Below are positions 53,351 through 64,000 of a stretch of DNA of 64,000 nucleotides, one piece after another (position 1 is the first letter of the stretch; each line of letters starts with the position of its first letter). This DNA comes from Octopus vulgaris (Eukaryota), in contig OX597819.1 of the NCBI GenBank assembly GCA_951406725.2, positions 97,216,001 to 97,280,000 of the forward strand. The letters run 5' to 3'. The translations under genes and the position numbers were made by a program. Below the pieces are notes generated by a model. That model did not search any database, was not told where the DNA came from, and saw only the letters and a program-made list of their open reading frames with translations.

Positions 53351-53948
53351 CTCGGTCTTCAGATGTACATCTTGAGATCATTTTTCACTATTTCATCCAA
53401 AGACTTCTTCCATCTTTCCCTTTCACAGGTACCATTTAGCACTTGTTCATGCACCTGACATCTCTTGGTGGAGGACGAGGATAAGAGAAAAAATAGCGCA
53501 AATAGACAAGGCAGCTGAGAGGACAGATTTTAAGAATGATTGTGATTTATAAGAAGAATGTGGAGATTGAAAAAAGGATTGCGAAAGTAAAAAATTTAAC
53601 AAGAGTAAAATTGGATGAAGACTTATTTCACAGTGACGAGAAAGCAACACTATTAGAGGAAGAAAGAGCATATAAATTGGTGGCACTGTTTGGTAAGGAA
53701 GTAAAACTAACGACTGTTTTTCCAGTATGACACATTACTGAACGTGGTTTTGTTCGACACTTTGTTGAAATACATGCAGGATATGTAAGACTGTATAAAA
53801 AGACTGATTAAATCAGGATTACTTGGAACAGTAAAATGGAATTGCCTGCTTTGGGGGGTAGGTAAATCATTTCATTTTCATTATATTATTCATTTTTCAT
53901 GTTTGCATATGTCTTTTTATGTACTCCATGTTTCGTGTTTTCTGTCCT
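53347..53948 (+). mobile_element. Possible remnant of a second LTR element (TG..CA repeat 53347-53460, PBS-like TGGTGGAG)
   Basis: Abrupt start after (TA)n, TGTT...GACA, then TGGTGGAG (complement of a tRNA-Ala 3' end), purine-rich ORF-like interior; no second LTR seen. Confidence 0.4.
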
Positions 53949-56780
53949 TGTGATGTCCCCTCTATTTTGAGGCTTTATGCCTTTAATAAAGAGAAAAAGT
54001 GTCGAGTAGAGCGAGCTGGAGCAAATGGTAGTCTAGACGTCAAGTTCTGTTGAGTTGAGTCGTCGGAAGTGAGAGTTCGGTAGTTGAGTAGAGGTACGTT
54101 ATCGGCGAAGGTACGCCAGCAGAACATGCAATATAACAGTGGTGATGCGGTTTCAAATAGTACTGAAATGGAAGAGTTACTGAAAGCAATTGTCAAACAA
54201 CAACAGCAGCAACTACAGAAGTTAACAGAATTGTTAGTGCAGTCGAGAAATACAACAGAATCATTTTCAGCGGATGGTGTTGCAAATTCCATCGGATGAA
54301 GGAACTATTTTTACTGCATATTACAGACGATATGAAGACACATTCCAAGAGGAATGCAAGGGATGGTCTAGTGAAAGGAAGATAAAACTTCTTTTGTGAA
54401 AGCTTGCCCCTCTGGAACATGAAAGTTTTTGTAACTTTATTTTGCTGAGAAAGCCCGCGGAATTGTGTTTTGATGAAATGATAAATATTTTGACTAATAT
54501 TTTTAGCAAAAGTTCGCAGTTTAACATTCAGCAGGAATGTTTAAATGTTGGTTCTTCTTCTGCTTGTGGTTCTGGTATGGTTAATAAGGTGTGCGAAAGG
54601 TTTAAGCTGGAAGAATTAATGCCAGATATGATCAAGTGCCTAATATTTGTTAAATGGCTGGTGGCAATGGAAGACGCAGAAATTAGAAAAAGAATAAAAG
54701 CTGAATCAAGATGTGAAACTAAAGTTGTAAAACCAAAGAAAGTCTACTCAACAAAAGTAAATTATACCATACAAAATCGAAAGTTTATGTTGGTAGAAAT
54801 AATTGGTTATCAGACCGAAATGCAATTAAATACCAGTTCAGATATATTGATAATAAATATGGCAACATGGAGTAAGATAGGTAGGCCAGTGTATAAAAAA
54901 GCTACTAGGATAGCTCACGGTGTGTCAGAGGAATGAGTTCAATTCTTCGGCAAAATTTCACCAGAAATAAAACTTGAAAACATGATATGGAAAAGTAAAC
55001 TAATGGTATCTAAGAATACAATGAATCTGTTTGGGACAGATTTAATGGAAGAATTCGACCTGAGGAATCTACCACTGAATGCACTATGTAATAAGGTGGA
55101 TGTGTCACAGTCCGTGTCAGAGAAAGCATCGGAAAAATTTAAATTAAAATTGAAAAAGATGTACCCTGATGTGTTTTTGAAAGAACTTGGTACGTATAAA
55201 AAAAATCAAAGCTATTGCACATGCATCAAGAGTTCTATTACCAGCGGAAAGGAACTACAGCCAGATTGAAAAAGAGGTGTTATCATTAATCTTCGCAGTA
55301 AAAAAACTCCATAAATTCTTACATGGGAGGAAGTTTACACTGCAAATGGATCACCGACCATTACTGTCTATTTTCGGTTCAAAAAAGGGTATCCCCACAC
55401 ACTCAGTAAACAGCTTACAGCACTGGGGAACTACCCTGTTGAACTACGATTTCCAGATGGAGTTTTTGCTATCAATGAAAATGGGACATGCAGATGGGTT
55501 GTCGAGGATAATTCCAAAACATGAGGAACCTTTTGAAGACACAGTGATTGCATCATTAAAACTAAAACTGGAACTGAAGAACATTTTGTGCAATGTAGTA
55601 CATGATTTGCCAGTAATGCTGGAACAAACTAAATTGGAATCAGGAAAAGATAGGTTCATAAACAAGATTTTAAAAATCACGAAAAATATAAATGAGCAAG
55701 ACGCAGGTTCAAAGCACTATTCAGTAAGTGATGAGGTATTATTATATGCACAAAGAGTGGTAATACCTGAAGCACTGCAATACAGAGTATCAAAAGACTT
55801 TCATGTAGGACATCTGGGGATTGTCCAAATGAAGAGCCTCATGAGGAGTTACGTTTATTGGCCAAATATGGACAACCAAATTGAGAAACTGGTAAAACAG
55901 TGTAGGGGATGTGCTATGGCAGCAAAGGTGCCCCCAGTGCAGATTCAACCATGGCCAAAAAACAGACTTGGCAAGGTCTAGACTGCATGTGGATTTCGCA
56001 GGACCAATAAATGGCTCCTATTATATCATTGTGGTGGATAGCTATTTCAAATGGCCTGAAGTGTGTAAATGTTCAAGGCCAACCACAAGTGCGACAATTG
56101 ACTTCTTGGAAGAATTATTCACTTGTTATGGGGTGCCAGATACGAATGGTGACGAAGTGTATTTTAAAATATATAGAAATGGAAAACAGGAAACAAGGAA
56201 ATATAACTGGATGACTGGGTAACATGATGTACATTGAAATAACCATGTACATCAAAATATGAACATGGTACTAACCATGTACATCAAAACCAAAATATGA
56301 ACACAGAAGGCATATAAACCAATTAAAAAAAAGATATACTCAAAATCAAGAGAGGGAAGAGGAACCAATGGATATATGGTATAATTTGTTCAAGGTCCCA
56401 GAACCACAAGCAGAAGAAGAACCGACATGTAAATCAAACAGGAAGAAAAAACCTACAGAAATGATGGAAATTAATGCTAAGAGAAAAAGATATGCCAGTT
56501 TATTACCAAGGAAATAAAATTGATAAATTCGGGTTTAGAAAAAAAAAGAAAACACTCAAAAGAGGGAGGTGTTGTGTAGACACCCCCAGACGATAAGTAG
56601 GCTAGTCCAATATGTATAAATAGTGGACGTGACAGCTAGTGATAGTGGACGAGAAGCATCGAGTAGAGCAAGCCGGAGCTGTCAGTAGTCTAGACATCGA
56701 GCGAGTTCTGTTGAGTCGAGTCGTCGGAAGTGAGAGTACGTTATCGGCGAAGGCACGCCATCCAAATGTGTGATGTAACA
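53949..56780 (+). mobile_element. Ty3/Gypsy (Mag, K02A2.6-like) LTR retrotransposon, internally deleted
   Basis: 5' LTR 53949-54138 (TG..AACA), PBS-like TGGTGATGCGG, PPT AAAAGAGGGAGG, 3' LTR 56570-56780; the LTRs share TCGAGTAGAGC...GTACGTTATCGGCGAAGG. Confidence 0.85.
54168..56150 (+). pseudogene. gag - protease - RNase H - integrase remnants, RT missing
   Basis: gag MEELLKAIVKQQQQ...FCNFILLRKP; protease LNTSSD; RNase H AHASRVL..AERNYSQIEKE...DHRPL; integrase H.GHLG...C..C and RLHVDFAGP...VVDSYFKWPEV. Confidence 0.9.
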
Positions 56781-57239
56781 TAAATATACCCATATGCATG
56801 CACACACACACATACACAAACAGGCATATGCACATATTACATAATACCACTCATTTTACATCATTAACACACTTCTTATGACTTTCGATTCACCATACTT
56901 GCACTACTGGTTGGGTCGTCTGTGGTCAGGTCTTCTCCGGCATCGTGAATTGTCAGTCAATGCAGTCATTTGTCATTTTTTTGTGTGACATGCAACATCT
57001 TCAGATCAATTTTACCACTTCTTCCCAAGTTATTCATGGTCTCCCTCTTTTATAGGTTCCATTTACCTCAAGCAGACAACACTTCTTTATATAGTAGCCA
57101 ACCTCCATACACATCACATAACCATACCAACAGACTTCTCTCTTGCATACTACATCTGATTCCTCTTGCATTTAGTTTTTCTCACAGCTCATTAGTAACC
57201 TACCATTCATGCACACTAACGTTACACATTTGAGAAAAA

Positions 57240-58565
57240 GAAGTTACTTCAAGTGAATCCAACCAAGAAGTTAATTGTTACATGTTACAAGGGCCTTTGA
57301 GAATTTAAAGGCAAAGAAAGCAGCTGGACCATCAAGTGATAATCACCAAGATGCTAAAAATATTTTGTGAAATAGAACATATACTGGTTAGTGAAGAAGT
57401 CAATCAGGTTGTGTAGAGATGTGTTAATTTCAATGATTGGTGGAGCAGCAGTATTATGAACTACTACAAGGACAAAAGTGGCACTACAGAGAAAACTTGT
57501 CTAGATAAGATGCAGTTTGTGTTTGTGGCAAGAAGTGACACCACTGATGGCATGTTCTTAGTGTAGCAATTGGAAGAGAGATTCTAAGTCAAGAACAAGT
57601 TCTTACATTTTCATAAGGGTACTATGCTCTATGATCTGGTGACTAAAAAAGAATTGAGTAAAGGAGTAACCGGTGAGAACTGTGCAAATTCCGTTAGCAA
57701 AGCAAAAATTAGAAATGAGTTCATTGAGGAATTTAGTCTTTAGAAAGATGTCCATCAGGGCCTATTCACCTGTTTGTTACAGCTCCCTCACATCACAACA
57801 GAGTTTAAAAGCAACTACCCATGAGAATTCTATGTATCTAATGAACCAGTACTCAAAAAATAAGAGAGAGAAAGTTCCAAGCATGGTAGTGGAATCTAGA
57901 ATTGAGAGAACAGAAGGTCAATTTAGCAGAGATGGAAGTTTTAATCAGTAGAAAAGAAAGTAGAACACTACTGCCTATCTACAGAAGAGGAGAAAACAGG
58001 AATTCTATTACACAAAATATACAGTTGGAATTCAGATATGCTGAAAAGAAGGATATGAAACAGATATAATATGAACCCCCAACAAATGAAGTTTCTCCAA
58101 TGTCCAGAAAGATCTTCAGGAGTGGATGATAACTCCTGTTAACTAAGTGATCTAATCAATAGTAGGAGTGCATTTTACAAAAAGCATAATAACCCAAATT
58201 AGAAAAAAAGTTCAAAGCATTATTGCCTATGTTGACAAGTAAGGTTTTCTCTCCCTAGATGTAAAGCAAATTGTATAATGCTCATTTATGAAGTCTGATA
58301 TTGCACAAAAGCAAGGCATGAATGCTGGATGTGAAGGATATGTGAAGGTTGGAAGGAAATGAAGGAAGCATTCTATGTCAAATACAGCATGAAAGAACTG
58401 GCTATCAGAAGGAAGTATCCACTGTAGTGTGCAAAGTAGAAAACAACAATGGTATAGACATATGATGGGTGACAGTTAGGTGAATAACAGGCACTGCAAG
58501 CTAAAAGAACCTACAGAAGGAGAAGACAGTGCAGAAGTGGAGTGGGATGATCTGAGGACGTTGAA
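57240..58565 (+). mobile_element. Highly degraded RTE LINE (a separate minus-strand RTE piece lies at ~57040-57231)
   Basis: DWWSSSIMNYYKDK, LDKMQFVFV.RSDTTDG.F and C-terminal RTE-like sequence with many stops. Confidence 0.65.
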
Positions 58566-59735
58566 CTTCACCGGATATCAGCAGCTACCATTAACACACA
58601 GATGTAGTATACATAGTGAGTAGAAGGTGTATGTATGTATGTCTTTTTTTTTTACATGCATGTGTGCAACAGACTTTTGTACATACCAGTGTGTACATCT
58701 GTGCTTGCAGAGAATCAAAGACTGAGTGTTGTGAATGTCTGCTTTCAAGGCTGCAATGTAGATGTGAGTATATTTGGGTGGAAGACTTAATCCAGTGCCC
58801 AGTTTAACACAACTAACTGGCTCATGGGTACCTTTGACAGAGTACATGCTGTTGCAAGTATTCAGGCCAAATTACTCTCATTTCCTCTCACTAGTCTCAG
58901 CAGCACTGGAAAAGGTCATGGGTACTACAGTTACACCTCTGAACAAACCAAACAAACAAAAAAATGGGCAACAAGTGAAAATGATGATCATATCCAAAAG
59001 AGAGTGGGGTGGGGGAGAAAGAGTGTGTGTGTGTGTGTGTGTGTGCACGCGCGCACGCAGTGATAGCTTAGTTTAGCAGCTGGACAACTTTTTGACTAGA
59101 AAAAGTGGGTATTGTTATGTGAATCAATAAGGGTACTTAACTGAGTGTAGAGCAATGAAAAAAATCAACTAAGAGAAAAAAACTCAATATTATAAGATAC
59201 TATTCCTGTCAAGTCAAATTACTATCTACACTCATACATATACATATATATGCATACAAGCAAATATATATATACAAAACTGAATTAAAATAAGAAAGAG
59301 AGGGACAATAAAATTCACTATCATGATTTTACAATGTTTTATTTGAAAGAGGTTTGAGGGGAGCAGAGAAGGTAGAAAGTAGGCATAGTCACTACACAAT
59401 TCATCTAGTTACAGCATCAACTTCTGTGTATTTTTAGTTAGTCATAGATTTCAAAACCAACATAGAAAGATCAATAATATCCCATACATATAAATTCTTT
59501 AGTTCAAGCTCCCTTGCCAGCTATCATATCACACAAATGTAGTGTATGTGTGTGGTTGTGTGGTTGTTTGCATGTGTAAAGGTATCTATTGTATGTTTTT
59601 TGTTAATGCATGTGCATTATATAAGTGTTTTTTTGTGAGTGTGTAACTGTCTGGTGCACATATGAGTAAGTCCATGTGTGTCCTTGTATGTTGCATATAT
59701 GTGTGTGAGTACTGTACAAATGTGTACTTGCATGA

Positions 59736-59766
<31 letters not shown>

Positions 59767-59859
59767 TAGCTAGTGTTATTAAATTAGCTGAATGAACACT
59801 TTAACCCATGTGACTCTGGATTGCATTTCCATTTGAAACTTTGGGACTGTCAGAAAGAA

Positions 59860-60640
59860 ACATGTACAGCAAGAGGTGTCAATATATAAATATAGCAAGA
59901 TGCGTGACAACATCATATATACTGAAGGGCACATGTCAACATCATATATACAGCATGGGGCATGTCAACATAGTATATGCAGTAAACTACATGTTAACAT
60001 AGTATATAAACAGTAAGGTACATGTTAACATAGGATATACACTTAGGTACATGTCAACATAGTATATGCAGTAAACTACATGTTAACATAGTATATAAAC
60101 AGTAAAGTACATGTTAACATAGGATATACACTTAGGTACATGTCAATTGACAGCAACACATGTCAACAAAGTATATAGGGTAGGTTGCATGTCATTGTAT
60201 ATATTTTTTAAAAAGAAAAGTAATGGTAGGGAGCCTATCAATTTAGTATATACATCACAGCAGATGCCAAGATAGTACATACAGATGGGCACATGTACAA
60301 CAGGATACATACCAACGGTGTGCAGCAGGGTACATACCAACATAGTATCTACAACAGGGTACATGTCAACATAGTATATTTAATAGAATAAATATCACCA
60401 CAGTATATAAAGGAAGGAACATGTCATAAGAGCATAAAAAAAAGCAGGGTACATATCAACATAGTATTTACGGCAGAGTATGACATGTCGGCATAGTACA
60501 TATAGTAGGATACACCTCAAGAGTATATTTTTATATAGTAGGGCACATGGCAATATACATAATAGGATGCAAGTCAACATACAATATATAATAGAGTAGA
60601 TATCAACATAGAATCTACAACTGGAGACATATCAAAATAG
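59860..60640. repeat. Degenerate ~29-31 bp minisatellite with an 89-bp higher-order duplication
   Basis: Unit approx. GGTACATGTCAACATAGTATATACAGCA; 59961-60049 repeated nearly exactly at 60050-60138. Confidence 0.85.
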
Positions 60641-61184
60641 AATAAGCAAACAGCTTACATTCAATTCAGCAAAATCATTTTATTTTGATAGATGCTGAGT
60701 CCCTATCGAACTTATGAAGTACACAGACGAGTGTTACCAGACTTCAGTCTGTTTCTTATATGTAGTATCTTTAATTTACTTTTATCTTCTCACTCTAACA
60801 AAACATTCACTGTAATACTAATAACAACACAGTTGGAAGAAAGACGAGGAACAAACAGATGATGATAGCAGCTGAGAGAAATGCAGTATCCAACATCAAT
60901 ATTGCTAAAATGTACGCAAGGCAAACAACGAAGTGAGAGGAATATTACCTGATATGCTACCTCTTGCATCTTCCAGTAGACATTGCAAAATTATAAGAAA
61001 GACAGGTTGGAAGGTAAGTGAGTTTAAAGTTGAGATGTAGTTATAGTTGTGGTAAGAAAACAACATCTGCTATAATTGGGAAAATCTCTATCAGATACTC
61101 ATGGTACTGAAGAGTTCCTATAATTACTGATTACGACTAACAAATGCAGACTTGCTAAAGTCTAAAAACAGTAGTATCAGTTTG

Positions 61185-61398
61185 AATGAGAGTGATGAAG
61201 AGTGCTGTAGAGAGTAAGGAGGAGAGATGAGGAGAGGATGAATAGAGAAGGGAAAGGAGAGAAAGAATAAAGAAGGAAAAGGAGGGGGGAAAATAGAGGA
61301 GAAAAAAGAGGGAATGAATAGAGAAGAAAGAGAAGAGGAAGAATAGCGAAGAGAACAGAAAAACAGAAGAGAAAAGAGGAAGGAGAAAATAAAACAAA
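61185..61398. repeat. Polypurine (GA-rich) low-complexity tract
   Basis: About 210 nt almost entirely A/G on the + strand. Confidence 0.85.
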
Positions 61399-62247
61399 GT
61401 GTGGATTCTGGCGGGAATCAATATCACGCGTCTTTACACACATCTCTTAGTAACTCTTTTACGTCCTTCACTGACTAATTTATTACAAAGCTTATAGTTC
61501 TTTCTTTCCCACTTAGCAGCTCCACAGAGTCCATTCTGAATGGTGATGGAGAGAGGAGAAGATACATAAGTGGAGTCAAATATCTTATCAAACTAGCATG
61601 TCATTCACAAGATTCAAATGCTACCTTAATCAGAGAAACAGGATGAGGAAGTGGCCAGAGGCACGTGTGTAGTTAGTGATCCCATGTTGAAGCATGCTAT
61701 ATATGTACTACCTCTCTCTGCAGTGTGTGTGAGCAGGTGTCAACTTTAATGGCTGTAATTTGTTTTTTAATAGATGCATATACTAAAATGGTATGGCCAA
61801 TTAAATTAAGTTATAGTACTAACTATACTGCTGATATTTAGATATCACCCCCACCACCACCACACACACACACACACAGAGTAAACATATTGACATAGCA
61901 ACAATATGGCTGAGAGAAATAGCAGAGGGGAGGCTTCTGCATACTAACTACACATGCCATAAAATCTAAGATATGTAATACAATGAGTTGAAAAACTTCA
62001 ATTAACCGAGATTTTTCCAAGCAATTAATAGACAAAAATCCCACCAAGGGGTATTTAAAATCTGAAAAGAAGTAAGGGAGATAACTTCCACAAAATCAAT
62101 TTATCAAAATTTTTGGACAATATAGACAAAGCAGATTAGAATAGATCTGATCTTTAAGCCAAATGGTGAAAGCAACAGACATGTTTTTCAACCTCGTCAA
62201 CAAAGCATATTTTACTCAGTTGGCAAGACTAAGAGTGATCAATATCA

Positions 62248-62282
<35 letters not shown>

Positions 62283-62283
<1 letters not shown>

Positions 62284-62511
62284 AGTGATGTGATGCTGAA
62301 CATCAACAATATGGATTAGGGAAAATACCTCAGAGGAGTGTTCTGTAGACTAAATACAAACACAACAAAATCTGCTGAAATTTTTCAACTCTCAATACTA
62401 TATTATCTGAGACTGTACATCACCATTTGTATTCATAATTAATATTACAGAACACTCCCTTGAGGTATTTTCCCTAAGTCATATTGTTCATATTCAAAAC
62501 CAGTGTTACTA
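62283..62511. repeat. Long inverted repeat (MITE-like fold-back)
   Basis: Arms ...AACAATATGGATTAGGGAAAATACCTCAGAGGAGTGTTCTGTA and TACAGAACACTCCCTTGAGGTATTTTCCCTAAGTCATATTGTT..., about 65 bp each. Confidence 0.8.
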
Positions 62512-62805
62512 CATACTCTCTCTCTCTTCACACACACACACATAAATATACATTCAACATCATTTAAATTCAACTTTTCCATGCTTGTGTACATTAGATA
62601 AATTTATTGGGGCAGAATTTCTCTAGTTAGATGTACTTCCTGTTCCCAACCAGTCACCTATTTCCAAGCAAGGTAGTATTTCTCCATGGCCAGACTTATT
62701 TTCCACAGAAAACTAGAAATATAGAATAACATCATTTGTATGATGAAGATGATGATGCACATTTACAACCATACATACATACATACATATATATATATAG
62801 ATATA

Positions 62806-63460
62806 TCATCATTTAATGTCTGTTGTACATGCTGGCATGGATTGGACAATTTGATCAGAGCTGGCAAGAAGGGGAGCTGCACCAGACTCCAGTCTGATTT
62901 AGCATTGTCTCTATGACAGGATGCCCTTCCTAATACCAACCACTTAACAGAGTGTGCTGGATGCTTTTACATGGCACCACACAGGCGTTTTTACCACCAG
63001 TGGGACCAGTCTTAACACTTCTGCTGCAGAGTGCGGGTCTTCTTGAGTACAGCAAGGTGACAGACATCTTGGTCCTTTTTCATCTCACCTGAAAGGTTTA
63101 GCATCCTGAGGTCATTCTTCAGTACTTCATCCTATGTCTTCCTGGGTCTCCCACTTCCACATGCTCCATCTACTTTGAGAGAGCAACATTTCTGTATGGA
63201 GCTGTTGGTATCCATCTGCATCACATGGCCAAACCAGTGTAGTCTTCTCTCTTGCATACAGCAACTGATTCCTCTTATGCCTAACTTCTCTCTCAAAGCA
63301 CAAGCACATTATCAAACACCTACACTTACATTACACATCCAGCGGAGCATACTAGCCTCATTCCTTTCTAGCCTTCGCATGTCCTCCGCATTCAGGGCCC
63401 ATGTCTCACTACCATGTAGAATTGCTGACCATATACATGCATCATACAATCTTCCTTATG
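62806..63460 (-). mobile_element. RTE LINE 3' end (ORF C-terminus, 3'UTR, (GAT)n tail)
   Basis: Minus strand ETWALNAEDMRRLERNEASMLRWMCNVS...LGIRGISCCMQERRLHWFGHVM...GSGRPRKT. Confidence 0.85.
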
Positions 63461-64000
63461 ACAGTGTATGAGTGTATGTATGTGGATATGTCATGGAAAG
63501 GCTCCAAAATAGTGCATCCTCAAGCAAAATGTATTTGATTTTCGAAATCTGTATGCCAATGACAAGGTTTTCGGTTATTAATCAAAAAATATAACTTGCT
63601 ATGAAAAATAACTAAACTTTTAGATCATCAAATCTACCATTCTCTATCTAGCTCTCTATATTTCCCCTCTCTCAATATATTTATCACAATCTCTCTCTCC
63701 TCTATATATATAATCTCTCTTGCATGCTGCTCTCCACTCTCTCTCTCCCTTGATATGACATGTAATTGCTTTCATACTGTATTTTACTTTCATTTTATGA
63801 TAGACAGCTATCATGCAGAAAATGTTAGCTTCCAAATCCTGTTTGCTGATTGAGTAAAAACTGATAAACTTAAACCTCTGTAACATTTTTCTAAAATTTT
63901 TATAAAATAAATAAATCACAAAATCAGATTCAGCACGAAAAAGTATATCAATATATTACATTTGAAAATTTTCTTTTAATTTTGAAATTTCAAAATCAAT

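Noticed and set aside
57040-58565. 5'-inverted (twin-primed) RTE insertion
   Set aside because: The minus-strand piece covers the same C-terminal region present in the plus-strand piece, so they are more likely two separate copies.
61155-61443. Phe/Ser/Leu-rich membrane-protein-like ORFs
   Set aside because: Translation artefact of the polypyrimidine strand; the same applies to HT/YI/CV-repeat ORFs from microsatellites elsewhere.

Overview
AT-rich, repeat-dense eukaryotic DNA. The SINE/LINE repertoire and microsatellites look like an Octopus (coleoid cephalopod) genome; this is recognition from memory, not a database result. No intact host protein-coding gene is visible, and almost all listed ORFs are microsatellite, antisense or transposon remnants. 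The window reads like large-intron or intergenic DNA, with hints of a minus-strand transcription unit (candidate small exons at 47434-47516 and 40191-40266, possible 5' region near 60.7-61.5 kb). Mobile content: a 5'-truncated Penelope-like element (RT + GIY-YIG) with an inverted pseudo-LTR and 14-bp TSD, a solo inverted pLTR copy, an RT-deleted Mag/K02A2.6-like Gypsy element, many RTE fragments, Tx1 and CR1-like ends, tRNA-derived SINEs, piggyBac-type TTAA MITEs, a hAT MITE and Helitron remnants. Best leads: (1) Penelope pLTRs combining a tRNA-like Pol III cassette with a minimal hammerhead ribozyme; (2) a textbook recursive splice site (polyY-CAG|GTAAGT) with an RS-exon; (3) a near full-length miR-7-complementary site (Cyrano-like) or miR-7-like hairpin; (4) long fold-back structures that are candidate ADAR/Dicer substrates. 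Coordinates of degenerate repeats are approximate.
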